This document shows, piece by piece, positions 48,864 through 60,173 of a DNA stretch of 64,000 nt. The translations under genes were made by a program, and so were the position numbers. The notes below the pieces were generated by a model that saw nothing but the letters and a program-made list of their open reading frames with translations, had not been told where the DNA came from and made no database searches. Each line of letters opens with the position of its first letter. Position 1 is the first letter of the stretch. The stretch is from Phyllosticta citribraziliensis (taxonomy: Eukaryota), in assembly GCF_038025025.1 (NCBI RefSeq), contig NW_027117343.1, positions 496,001-560,000 on the forward strand, read 5' to 3'.

Positions 48864-49883
48864 TCAAAGAGGATAATCAAAGCGACTACACTTGGAGACG
48901 TGGCTGTCCAGAAAATCCAAGACCAAAACGACCAACCGGATGAAGCTGGAAAGGAAGACAACCGTGAAGATGAGTCTGGAGAGCTCCTCGATTCTCTCAT
49001 GCAGTACTCTCTGCTTCGGCCCCGGATGCTTCCAAGTCACCGGCACCCTCCATTCTTTTCCAACAATAAAGAGAAAAGCCATCCACAGACAACGACAGCG
49101 ATTCTGCAGCCAAGTCTCCACCTGTAAGCCTCTTTTTCCGTCTGAATCATCCCAAAGAGGCTCCTTGTCGTCCATGCTCCTCTCCAAATCTTCTACGACA
49201 AAACAGCAACCGCCTCTTTTCTCCCATGCGTCAGGAATGTGCATGGAAGCTTCCCAGATCTTGTGCAATCCAAGCAAATGATCCACCCGGTTGCGCACGA
49301 ACTGACAACGGCTGATCTCGCTGTCGACTCCAAAAAATGGGTCTTCAAAATGAGGGTAGGGCATTGAAATCCGGTGGTGGCCCTCGAAGTCCACAGTTCG
49401 ATGAGTAAAAGAAAAGCCACTGACCCAAGTTCGAAAAGGACCGACCAGAAATTCGAATGTTTTCCAGGGCACGGCCGAGGACAGTGGAAGCACCAAGTTT
49501 TCTTTGATTCTCTTTTCCGACACTGTGAAATGACCAGCCTCGACGTCGACAAGGCGCGGTAAATCCTTCACAGGATCATCGTAAACACGTAGTAGGCCTC
49601 CATTCCTTCGTCTGAGATATGCTGCTTCGCTTCTCTCGTAGCGAGGACAGTTGCAACGCTGACCGTGGTCCGCAATGTGCGCTATGGCGAAGCGCCGCTC
49701 GAGAATTGTGTCCAGAATGTCCTCCAAAAAGAGCAAGAATCTTGACGTGTCGGTCGCGGGCGGTCGAAAATGTCTGGAGTAGTAGATTGAGAGTAGGTCG
49801 TTGGTGGCTGTGATGCACAAGCATCTTTCTGGGCTTCTGTTCGCGGCCGTTGGCATGGCCAAGTCCATCTCGTAGCGACTCAT
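48864..49883 (-). CDS. Hypothetical protein (about 339 aa)
   Basis: Uninterrupted ORF with GCCATG start and an upstream TATAAATA-like element; no recognised domain. Confidence 0.55.
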   Translation of the reverse strand: MSRYEMDLAMPTAANRSPERCLCITATNDLLSIYYSRHFRPPATDTSRFLLFLEDILDTILERRFAIAHIADHGQRCNCPRYERSEAAYLRRRNGGLLRVYDDPVKDLPRLVDVEAGHFTVSEKRIKENLVLPLSSAVPWKTFEFLVGPFRTWVSGFSFTHRTVDFEGHHRISMPYPHFEDPFFGVDSEISRCQFVRNRVDHLLGLHKIWEASMHIPDAWEKRGGCCFVVEDLERSMDDKEPLWDDSDGKRGLQVETWLQNRCRCLWMAFLFIVGKEWRVPVTWKHPGPKQRVLHERIEELSRLIFTVVFLSSFIRLVVLVLDFLDSHVSKCSRFDYPL

Positions 49884-50747
49884 GGCGACTTTCTGAGAAG
49901 TGGTTTGGAGGTTCGCAGGTGATGCAGACGCCTTCTCGTTCAAGGTGGTCGATGATGGTCAGTCACGCAGCCCCCGATGCGACAACGCAAGTATTTATAT
50001 GGCCTTCCTAGCCCGGCGGAATGGTTGATGCGCAGCCCCAACCGTGGTTATCGGATACACTGACGTTGGTTGAATTCAACGCGGCTCCCACAAACCGCAG
50101 CACACCTGTGAAAGATTTCGGGAGCAGATACGAAGCATTCACGCACTACAGCGATAGTAATTTTACCTGCAATATTCGGAAGCATTCGAGCATCCGCAAA
50201 AGGTGAAATCGGGAGCGTTCAGGTGCTTGTCCAACAAAGAGCAGTAAGGAAATGCAGACTAATCATACACATTCAAGCTACCTTCAGTTGGATTACTTTA
50301 CAGCATCCACAAGGAGTGGTAACAGGGATTTCTTCTTCGTTCTTGTTCTCCATTGTGTGATTACAGCTGAGCATAACAAGGAGCATTAGATCACCTGCCA
50401 CATCAAGGGAGTCAAAGTCCACCAAGCAAAACCTCCCTTTCTTCATCGCAGGAGTTTCAAATCGTGACATTTGCCGAAGATGCGAGTGACTGATGATTTG
50501 GTCAGCTTCCAATAAACGCAGCACGAACAGGTCCAAGATGTGTAAGATCGCAAAGTGCTTGGCCAACACCCGACAAGTTGTCCCCAACTGCAGCGGCTGG
50601 AACCGGGACGGCCCGTCGACTACTGCGGTTGGTCCACAAATGCCGATCCCGCGGCTCCCGAACAACCACCACTAACCTTCGTGTTCATTAAATAGAACTC
50701 AAACGGCGTTTCGCCATGGTAAGAATCTCGATGTGCGCCCCTTTTTG

Positions 50748-50751
<4 letters not shown>

Positions 50752-50792
<41 letters not shown>
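50752..50792. repeat. (CT)20 microsatellite
   Basis: Perfect CT dinucleotide run. Confidence 0.95.
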
Positions 50793-50794
<2 letters not shown>

Positions 50795-51280
50795 GCAGCA
50801 GAGATGTTGCTCAGCTTGCTTTACTTATGAAATGCGCGGTAGCGCGGTGACGCAATAAGCATGAGCCAGTACTGATGTCCGTGGTATCTTGCTTATGCAA
50901 CGCACTGTAAATCTTGGTTTCAAAGTGGACGCCGCAGCTCGCGACGAAGCTCACCAACTAATCCCCTGTTCGCAGCTAAATTGTCAACTTCCCCCCGCAA
51001 TGATCCCTGTCCGGGGGCTCCGGGGCACCAATGGAGTATAAGTAAAAGCGAATGCGAACCAATAGGGTATAAAGCTTCGTACAAAGGTAAAGATTAAGTC
51101 TACTGTCCAGTCAATGATTCCTCGAACGGGCAATCTTATTGCGCTAAAAGCTTCTGCCGGAATGTTGCCCAGAGTATAAGGAAATTATTGGTCGGCCTAA
51201 TCTTTTCCGTTAAAAACGACCTATTCGTACCGCAATCACGTTGCATTACTGACCTTTTCCAAATCGGTTCGCAAATGACG

Positions 51281-51989
51281 ATGCGCGTTCTCCAACTCCT
51301 CTTCTTCGTTGCTGTTCTCGTCGTTGGTTGCGTTGCTGCGGGCAAAGTCGATTGCAGCGTCGTCAATTGCGACGTGAATGGCGTGCGTATTCAAGATCCG
51401 CCGAGTCTTCCACGGGCTGACATGGACACAGAATCCCATCTGCACACCAAAGGAGTGCAGCATCAAATGCAGCAATGACGACCCCTGTAAACAACCTTGC
51501 AAGAACCCAGCCACCAAGGCTTTGGTCGGGCAATGTATAAACATGGAGAACAACGTAAAGGGTTGCTTCTGCAGCGTAAGTGTCTCTGCGAGACTTCGGA
51601 TCTTTTTTGCGTCGGTGACGACCAAGATGGGATGATGCTGACTTGCGACAGTGCACCAGTGACGACCAATGCGGCGGGCCCAAAGGTGTCTGCGCAACTC
51701 TTATCTACAATGACAAGGACCCGAAGGTCAACGAGGCGTTCCAGAAATATGTGGACAAGCGGACGTGCATTACCAAGACGAATCCCAAACAGTTTGACAA
51801 CGCCGACTCCGGATGTTTGTGTCAAGTAAGAGAAACATTCAAGTTGGACTTGGGCTTCTGTAAGGAAAGTTACTGACCGCTTGACAGTTCACTTCGTCCG
51901 ACGCATGCAACAACGCTTGTACGTATCTCCTCGGTAAACCTGCGCAGGGTAAAATCGCGGGCGGCACCTGTAATTGCCCTCGACAATAG
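51281..51989 (+). CDS. Secreted Cys-rich 173-aa protein with repeated defensin-like modules; exons 51281-51382, 51432-51575, 51652-51825 and 51888-51989
   Basis: Signal peptide MRVLQLLFFVAVLVVGCVAA; three phase-0 GT-AG introns with CTGAC branch points; 20 Cys in the mature part. Confidence 0.85.
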
Positions 51990-52211
51990 AGTGGGACATG
52001 TAAGGCTCGGTCAAAATCAATATAGACACGCTGTAATGGACAAATGTTCGAAATTCGAAACCTTGTTCGGCAAGGTAAACCAGGTGAAAGAGAATTGCTG
52101 CAAGACTTGTACCAACAAAAACCATATATCTTGGTTGCACCACGAGAATCATTCGGCCCATGTCACTTCAATCGCCTGGAGTGACCAACAATTTTGATGA
52201 CGTGAGGGTCC

Positions 52212-53203
52212 TCATGCCTTGGTAAAGTTCCAGTATGTGGCTTCGCTGAACGTAATCGTAGCATTATCCATGCGCAGGCCCAGGTTAAGTCGCGGAAGAG
52301 TCGGCCAGAAGTTGGGGTAGTACTCGTCACCGACAGCGTTGGTACCGTTAACCACAACGTCCCCGTCGCCTTGATCCATGTCGAAGATACCCAGGGTGGC
52401 GTCGTCAGTCGACTGACCCGGGACAGTCTTTGCCCAGTAATCGGTACCGGGCAGTTCGCCGTAGGATCCATTGCCGTGGCCGGCAGGGAGAGGAGGTTGA
52501 ACAAGGGTAGTATCCACGCCCAACCATCCATACAAGTCGGTGCTGAAGGGGACATTGTTCACCAGCGTCGGAGCAAATGTCGTCTGGAACCAGGGCTTGG
52601 CGGCCGGCTTGAATTCTCCCTCATCGCCGTCGGTATCGTAGGGGAAAACCTTGACAGTCGTGCTACCGTCGGCGTTGTCTGTCCAATCGAAGCGAGCCAG
52701 GTGCTTTGGGATGTCCCAATCTTGAAGAGTTAGTTTTTGATAATCCAAAGACCAAGACAAGTCATACTCAGTCGTCCATTGTAGCACGTATACTTTTGGC
52801 TGACGTAGATACGTGAAACTCGAACATTCTCCTTCTGTTCACCATCCGCATCTTCGTACTTCCAGAAGCCAGGAACCAGGAGCAATTCGTCATATGGACC
52901 GACAGGGCTGTCGGTGTAGCGGACGATCTGGATGTTGCCCAATCCAGCGATGAATTCACCCGCGTCGGTGAATTCTGACGAATTGCGCTCGAGCGGTGGA
53001 TATGCCTTGGTCGGAAGGGGACCTGTAAGCCCCAGGTCGAGAAGAGTTATTACGTAGACTTGGCCGTAGAGGGTCCAGGGCGCAGGGACTCGAACGATGG
53101 GGTCAGTTGAGTTGTTCGTACAGTCTTCGCAGGCGTGCGCGCCAGAGAACGTTAACGCGAGGAGACCAGCCGCGAGGGTCGGCACGGCGTTGAAGAGCTT
53201 CAT
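52212..53203 (-). CDS. Secreted acetoacetate-decarboxylase-like (ADC-fold) protein; 1 intron
   Basis: Signal peptide; APWTL, IQIVRYTDSPVGPYDELLLVPG, VSRIYVSQK.TCYNGR, WDIPKHLARFDW. Confidence 0.75.
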
Positions 53204-54149
53204 GTTGGCGAGTACAAAGTTGACGCGCGACTAGAAGCGCCACGGCGCGTTCGAACATTTATTCTTTCTCCACTGCAGTCTTTGATGTCTGCCTATCCAG
53301 CAGTGATCTATCAGGGGCCCATGGCGTTTCCCGAGCGAGTAATGTACGCCTCCTTCGGGAACAGATCGACGTGACGGCTTGCCATTCTTGTCCAGTTGAT
53401 ATTGGAAACTGGGGGCCAAGGTGCGCTCTCATCCTTCACGACCGGGGCATGCTCGGACACTTGGCGACGGACCGGAATGAGAGCTCATCCGGACTGCGAA
53501 AGAAACTGCTTGGGAGCATTCGTCACGTTCGGTCCCACACGAAATGTTTCTCTGCGTCTCGATTTGTGAGTATGGGCCAGGGGCATGAGAGATTCAGATA
53601 AGTGGTGAAAATTTGGAGCAGGCGGCAATGACGGATTGAGATGAGATGACACATGTAGCTGGGCTTCTTGAAGATGGTGTTGTGGCAGTGATAATGCGCC
53701 GAAGGGTTGGTTCGCCTATGGAGCCGTTTTCGGTTAGCGCATCGTTCGACGAACGCGAGGCTTGTCCCCTCCTTCCCCAGCCCCTCTCTCCTTCTCACCA
53801 CTCGACATCCTCGTTGCCAGACCCGTTTGACGCATCAATCGACCCGACTTCCCAGCGCGCTCACAATCCAATGTCAAAATCGATGCCAGACGACATGGCA
53901 GACTTGCAAGCTTCGCGTGAAAAGGCTTCGAATCCCACCGTCTCAATCTCACCACGAAGTTTGAGTGCTCCCTGTCCCAACGGTTTTGAATGAAGGAATT
54001 GTTCATATTCGCGCTGTCAAAACAAATGGAAACTCGCCTCTCACCCTCACCATTGTGTCTGCAACTTGCCGCACCAAGCTCCAAAATATGCTCGGCATCC
54101 CGTGCGGACGCACATGATTGACGCGCAATCTGCGCTTTCTAAGGAATCC

Positions 54150-56522
54150 TCAAGCAAGCTCCAGCTCGGTCATGTCGCCTTCTCGACCCTCGACTGCTTC
54201 TCCATGCATGATTCCATGGATATATGTCTCTCCCCGGAATTCCAAGACATTTTCGCATTCATCAGGTTTCAACCGCTTGACGACAAATGGAGTGCGCGCC
54301 CCCGCGAGCAGCCAAACTTCATCCCCAGGCTCGACTTCTCTCCGTCCGAGGCCCAGATAACCTTGGCGAGTCTTATACAAGCTCCTTCTATTACAGTAGA
54401 AAGGCATGCGAACTGTTTCAGCAAAATTTCCGTTTTCTCGTACTCCAGGCAAATCCCCGTTGTTCATTGCTCTTACTAAGGGCATGCATTGCTCGAAGCT
54501 CTTGGCATCAAGTAGGATCTTGAGACTGTCGACAGCTTTCTTCTCCGCGTCTTGGAATCCAGTCCCCAGGTAGTCACGGCTACCACCCATCAACGTGTGC
54601 AAAAGTGCCTTGAAGAGAGCTCCGCCGGATGGGTAGGACGAGTTGAGCGAGGAAGCGAATTTCAACCAAAGTGGCAGTGATTTTCTCCACTTGGCTTGAC
54701 ACTGGCAAGGAGGCCAGAGTAGCATGTAATCGCAGCTTCCTCTTCGGCAGACAGGCTGATCCACTCGGGGTGCCACAGCTTCAATCTCGTCAAATTTGAA
54801 GCCTACAAGTCCGAGGCGTTCTTTCTGCGGCAATTCCCTGATGACTGCGGGGATTGAAGTGCATGCCGCGAAACGCCTCTGAAAAAGCCGCTCCCGCGGC
54901 GCGCACCAAGTACGCCTGAAATCGGGTACCCATGACGGAAGACCGAGCGGATTATTCTGAGACCTTGGCGGCCAGCAGTCGAATGAAAGACCCTCTAGAA
55001 CCTGTGAGAAGGAGCATTCGTCTTCAGCGTCTTCTTTGGAAAAAACGCCTCTGCAACTAATCAAATCGTACGCCATCAGCATGAAAAAGTTTCTTGGTGG
55101 TGTTTGGTAGTCCACAGCCACAACATTGCCACTGTTACTTTCTCTTGCAATACTCAGCAAAGCAAAGAACTTGTCCCTTGGGTCCTTGGCCGAAAAGCTT
55201 TCTGTCAGGACGAGGAGTGAAGATAAACTGCACTGCCTATCTAGGGCAACGTCAAAGAGTTCCAGGGCCCCCAGCACTCGTTTTGATTTAGACCGAAACA
55301 TCAGGAACTCCAGGGCTCCGGGACCTTTCGCGTCGACAAGAGCAATGTGATGCTTGCCTCGCAGGCGAATTGCTTTCCACGGTAGAATGCACTCTCCACA
55401 CAGTACCGTAACGTTCCTAGCAAGAATGACCTCCTGGATGATCCAGATTCTGCTGAACCATGCTCTCTTGATCAGATAGTTGAGAGCCTCGAATCGTCGT
55501 CGGAGCAGTTTACTATACGGAGCATCTATCGCCTCGCGCAGAATTGCAGTGGATGAGTTGTATCTTGGGGGAATGAGCCCCACCAAATGCGGATAATTGA
55601 GCAATATATCCAGCGCTTCCACAGCGGCACTTGTTGCTTGGTCCTCGACGCCCAGCCACACAATAGTCGACTGCGCAGACGCATATATGCGTTTCATCAT
55701 CTCGACTTGGGCCATCTTTTCTGGGGTATCATCCTGGTTGATACAGAGCGCATCGATCCAGATCCGCACCGGGAGGAATCTGGCTTCTCGCGGCTCGCAA
55801 CCCGCATGGTGAGCAGTCGGGGCCTTCAAAAACGTAGCCACCTGCTCAAAATCTCCGCGTTTCCGCTGCTCACAGCAATCAAGCGGCGTTCGATTTTTCT
55901 TGTCCAGCAGCTTGCAATTCGAGCCCGCCCAGACAAGCAGCTTGACACAGAACAGATGCCCATTCTCCGCCGCGTAGTGCAACGCGCTCTCGCCGAAGCG
56001 GTCCTGCGCCCTAACATCGGCGCCCCTCTTGAGAAGCTGCTTCACCACGACATGCGAACCAAGCTCGGCAGCCTGGATCAGCGGCGTCTTGTGGAATGGC
56101 TGGAATCTTTGGTCCACATCTCCAACAATGTCGCACTGGAACTGCAAACCACCCTCGCCTTTGACTGCTTCCTCCTCTTCTGCATCGAAAACATGATGAC
56201 GCAGGCGCAATAGCCCTTCGTACAAGTTCTTGGTGACCGTTTTCAAGGCCCCATTTACGGAAATCGGCCAGTTGTTTTCGAGGCTGTACTCTCGCACCTT
56301 TTTGTCCTGGCCCATCCCCGGCAACCACGGACTACCCCAAGTGTAGGAAAGCGCATCGTACACTGGCGTGTCGTTCAAGTCCACCGTTTCAAGGCGGCAT
56401 TTGATGATGGCGTTGCCGCAGATGGGCGTGTCGCCGTCACCAGGAGGAAGAATCGTGACAAGGCGGATTGACGAAGGCGACGGGAGAGCATCATATTTGA
56501 ATTGACTGGGCCTAGGACCCAT
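54150..56522 (-). CDS. HET-6-like heterokaryon incompatibility protein with ankyrin repeats inserted in the HET domain
   Basis: HET motifs YDALSYTWG, VTKNL, WIDALCINQ, QVEMMKRIY.SA..TIVWLG, WFSRIWIIQEV. HET-6 tail DPRDK.FALL, LPSWVPD, GYLGLG, GDEVWLL.G, YIHGIMHGE. Ankyrin repeats TPLIQAAELG, SALHYAAENGH, TPLD. Confidence 0.9.
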   Translation of the reverse strand: MGPRPSQFKYDALPSPSSIRLVTILPPGDGDTPICGNAIIKCRLETVDLNDTPVYDALSYTWGSPWLPGMGQDKKVREYSLENNWPISVNGALKTVTKNLYEGLLRLRHHVFDAEEEEAVKGEGGLQFQCDIVGDVDQRFQPFHKTPLIQAAELGSHVVVKQLLKRGADVRAQDRFGESALHYAAENGHLFCVKLLVWAGSNCKLLDKKNRTPLDCCEQRKRGDFEQVATFLKAPTAHHAGCEPREARFLPVRIWIDALCINQDDTPEKMAQVEMMKRIYASAQSTIVWLGVEDQATSAAVEALDILLNYPHLVGLIPPRYNSSTAILREAIDAPYSKLLRRRFEALNYLIKRAWFSRIWIIQEVILARNVTVLCGECILPWKAIRLRGKHHIALVDAKGPGALEFLMFRSKSKRVLGALELFDVALDRQCSLSSLLVLTESFSAKDPRDKFFALLSIARESNSGNVVAVDYQTPPRNFFMLMAYDLISCRGVFSKEDAEDECSFSQVLEGLSFDCWPPRSQNNPLGLPSWVPDFRRTWCAPRERLFQRRFAACTSIPAVIRELPQKERLGLVGFKFDEIEAVAPRVDQPVCRRGSCDYMLLWPPCQCQAKWRKSLPLWLKFASSLNSSYPSGGALFKALLHTLMGGSRDYLGTGFQDAEKKAVDSLKILLDAKSFEQCMPLVRAMNNGDLPGVRENGNFAETVRMPFYCNRRSLYKTRQGYLGLGRREVEPGDEVWLLAGARTPFVVKRLKPDECENVLEFRGETYIHGIMHGEAVEGREGDMTELELA

Positions 56523-59500
56523 TTCGACGTGATGTTGGGAAAATTGTTGTTGTTGGCTGGATCATTCGTTCTCGCTCTTGCTTTCAGCCTTGTGCCCGTG
56601 CCTCATCGTCAGGCAGCAGCGGCAAGGTTCCACCGCAGGATAAGCACCCACGCATCTCACCACTCCTCCGTGGGCCTCCAATCGATCGCCTGCCGATGGT
56701 GAGCTACATCTGGACGACCACAGGGCCCTGAAACGCAACAGGAGCCGTCTCACGCGGTAGTCATCCACACACCGAGCTGAGCATAAGCCCTCGAGTTTGA
56801 TGGCAGGCGAAAGACGTGACCTGGGAATGGTCAGCTCAGCTCAAGCTTCTCCACACCACCAAAGGATCTGCTCTTTCAAACGACTACTCCGCGGTCGAAA
56901 CGACTTTTTCGCTATCGTGGACGGCACGGTTCTTTGTACGTTGGAAAGAGCTCAGACAAGGGGCTTCCTTCAATGAGTTGGAACACAGAAGGAGTATTTA
57001 GTCGCTGGTAATGCTCAGACTCAGGGCATGAGGTCATTCAGTCCGGCATCGAGACAACCCGATCAATCCAATTTGCGGACGCGTCCGCAGACCCGTGCAA
57101 GTCAAACAACAAGCTCTGAGAGAGTGGCCCTCGACCAAGGAACGCGCTCGAAACGTCACTCTCGCGCTGACATGTAAGGCTGACGCATCCAAAGCTCATC
57201 TCCTACACCGTACCGTACCGTGCGGACCTGGCATTGAGTGCAGCGCAATGCCCCCTTCTTTGGACCATTCGACTCAAATCCCCTACCAGATGGAGGGTCC
57301 ATTGGAGGGAGCCGCGACCAGCAGATCCTGAGGGAGGGCGGAAGGACGTGTCTGGGCTGGGCGAGTCGGGGTCTGGAGTGCGCGAATATTTTGCGGGAGG
57401 GTAGGTGGGTGTCTAACGGCGACTACGCCACACCAGCTAGCCATGACGGAGATGTCGACAAGTGGATGGATGGCTGGCTGGATGAGCGATTTCGCGCACC
57501 GCTGAATGGGCAAATTGGAATGAGTGGTCGTGTTGGCTCGGCCATGCTGCGCTGCTCTGCGCTGCTCTGCGCTGAGCCCACCACGATCGGCGGGAATTCC
57601 GATGTGGCGCAGATGCTGAGCCAGGCAGGCTATGCCGAGGGAGAGAGTTTCAGCACACCAGCTGTCAACAGAAACAACCAGCTGGAGCTACTGCAGCATT
57701 GCGTACACGCTTCCCGCGCAGACCACCCGGACGCTTCAATGGTCGGACCCCGTTGATGTCATGGACGACGGTTGTGTCTTGCTCCATACACAACACACTG
57801 ACATTGTGCTGTGCTGACTCTGGGTGACAGCCGGCAGTGACGACGGCGCATATTTTCAAATTGACTTTGGCGCGCGCACTTGTGCCGTCCAATCAGACCG
57901 CCGTCCACGCTGCTGACCCCTTTGTCAATCCCGGTTCTGCATGCACTTCACCACCACCATCATGTGGCTGTGCTCCACAACATCGACAACGTTTCCGCTC
58001 GCGCGCTTTGCGACAGGATAGACTGCTTTCTGGATAGCCGCTCGCAGCCTCGTCACTGCGGTCGCCCCCCCTCATCACAGGCCCAGCGGCTGCCCTGTCC
58101 TGCCCTGCCCTGCCCTGCCCCGGTCCGCCGTCGTTTGATTCCTCGCAGGCCCCGCCGCGCTAGTCCACAGACAGGGCGGGATGGCGCGCTGGCGGAACAG
58201 CCACTCTGAGCCTCTGTACAATATTCTAGACCGCGCGACTTTTTCCTTTCTGCGAACGCTTTTTCTTTCGCCCAATTTTATGATCACGGCACGGAAGCGC
58301 CATCACCTCTGCACTGCCGCACCGAGGCGCGATTTTTGAATGAATCGGGGCGCCAGCTGCTCTCCCTGTGGCAACCCCGGTGCGACTTACAATCAACACG
58401 TGCTGCGGGTGCAAATTCAGCGTCTCTCACCCGCTCGCTGTACTCAGGGGACCCTCGATGCAGATACAAACGATAATGCGAATGTGGCGGTTGACGGCGA
58501 CCATCCAGGAGGCGGGGTATCGACAACCGCCGGCTAAGCCACGATGCGAAGAATATGGAGCAATGAAAAGCGAGAAAGTCAAGAAGGTGAACGAATAATG
58601 TCAGTGCGCAGCAACAGAGGCGGTGCAAACCCGAATTGCTCGGGGTGGGCTGCCCTCGATGCTAAGCCTTGGGCAGAAAGCTTGTCGTGCGTTAGGGCGT
58701 CCTTGGCGAAGCTTGTGGTCGGCCCCCCTTCACTTGGACAACCACCCGCTCACACAGTCGTCAGCCGCCGTTTGACTATTTGAAAACACCGGGGGGCTTT
58801 CCTATTGCCACAGGGCTGGATTCAATGCGAGGTGTGCGGCGAGCCCCTGAAAATCAACTTGTTTGGCGCGGGGGAATCGCCTAGGGAGCGCGCAACCAGG
58901 GAGAGGGAGATTGACAACGGGGAGACAGAGCCCGGCTACTGTAGGGCCCCTGTCAGACAGATAGACAGACGGGCAGACAAACAATGGGCCAACGCCCCAG
59001 GTCCGGCCCCAATCAGCCACAGCCACCGCCATTACACTCACACTCACAATCAACACAAGGCCGCCTGTCATGAATCGCACCCGTCCACGTACCGCAACCT
59101 TTTACACCTCGCGGGCTGACGTGGCTCCTCCCGCCTTGGCGGCCGTCGGTTTGACCAAACCGAATCCTCGCATATCGTCACATCAGCCCGGAAGGTCGGT
59201 CCCACCAGTCAGTGCAGTCCTCGTTCCGGGCCACGGACTCAAGTGGACAGGGAAATGCCTGTCTAGCTGGCGAGAAACATGAGCAGACGCACTGCATCCC
59301 GACGTCATTCATCCATTCGCTGACTATCCGCTGGGTACTGTATGCACTCAGCATGCATCCACTGTCTCATGAGCCACCGTGGTCGGGCATCCAACGACAC
59401 TTGCTTCCTTCGCTCTTGTCAGTCTTCTTCTGGCTCTGTGGGCACTGTCCGTGTCTGCCTCTTCGTAGTCGCCGTCAACTACCTTGCCCGCACCAATTGG

Positions 59501-60056
59501 CCATCGGAGCAACAACCACCGCCGCCGCTGCGGCCGCCGCCGAAAATACGACTGCGGTTGATTGATTGGTAGCCCGGTGGCTTCATGTAGCTTAGCTTAG
59601 CCTAGCTTAGCACCTTAGCACCCGTGCATGGGTTGCTCCCATCCATACATGCTGACTGGCTGGCGGGCTGAGCGAAAGAAAGCCTGCTGGTACCGTAGGT
59701 AGGTAGGTAGGTTGGTCGGTATTCTAGCCACTTCCAGGGCCTGCTGCTGCCGCCGCTGCAGGATAAATACTACCGGCTCTGCCCTGTTTGCTGCGCATTG
59801 TCCCTACACTGTCAATCCACTCTACTCCGCTCGACATCTCACTCTTGCGCCAACCTCACTCTCGCGCCGACAACCTCGCTCACCACCTCTCCGCATAACA
59901 GCCAGTCAGTCAGTCCGCCCACCCATCAACGAACCTCCGCCCATCCTATTCGGTCACAGCTAACACGCCTCCCCACGCAGCCAACAAACCTCAACTCCTC
60001 AATCCCCTCCGAAACAAGCAAACACTACCACCGCAACCACCGCAACCACCGTCACC

Positions 60057-60173
60057 ATGCCCGGCAGCACCACCTCCAAGCTCTCCATCATCAAGCCCAA
60101 GCCCGTCGTCAAGTGCGGCGAAGAGTGCGATTGCTGCGGCTGCGAAGAGGCCTGTTGGTGCGTCGTCCAATAG
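60057..60173 (+). CDS. 38-aa Cys-rich micropeptide ending in a CaaX box (MPGSTTSKLSIIKPKPVVKCGEECDCCGCEEACWCVVQ)
   Basis: CACCATG start context and near-complete C/G at third codon positions. A/C-rich leader with a putative 5'UTR intron (GTCAGT 59904...GCTAAC...CAG 59980). TATA-like GATAAATA at about 59762. Confidence 0.72.
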   Translation: MPGSTTSKLSIIKPKPVVKCGEECDCCGCEEACWCVVQ

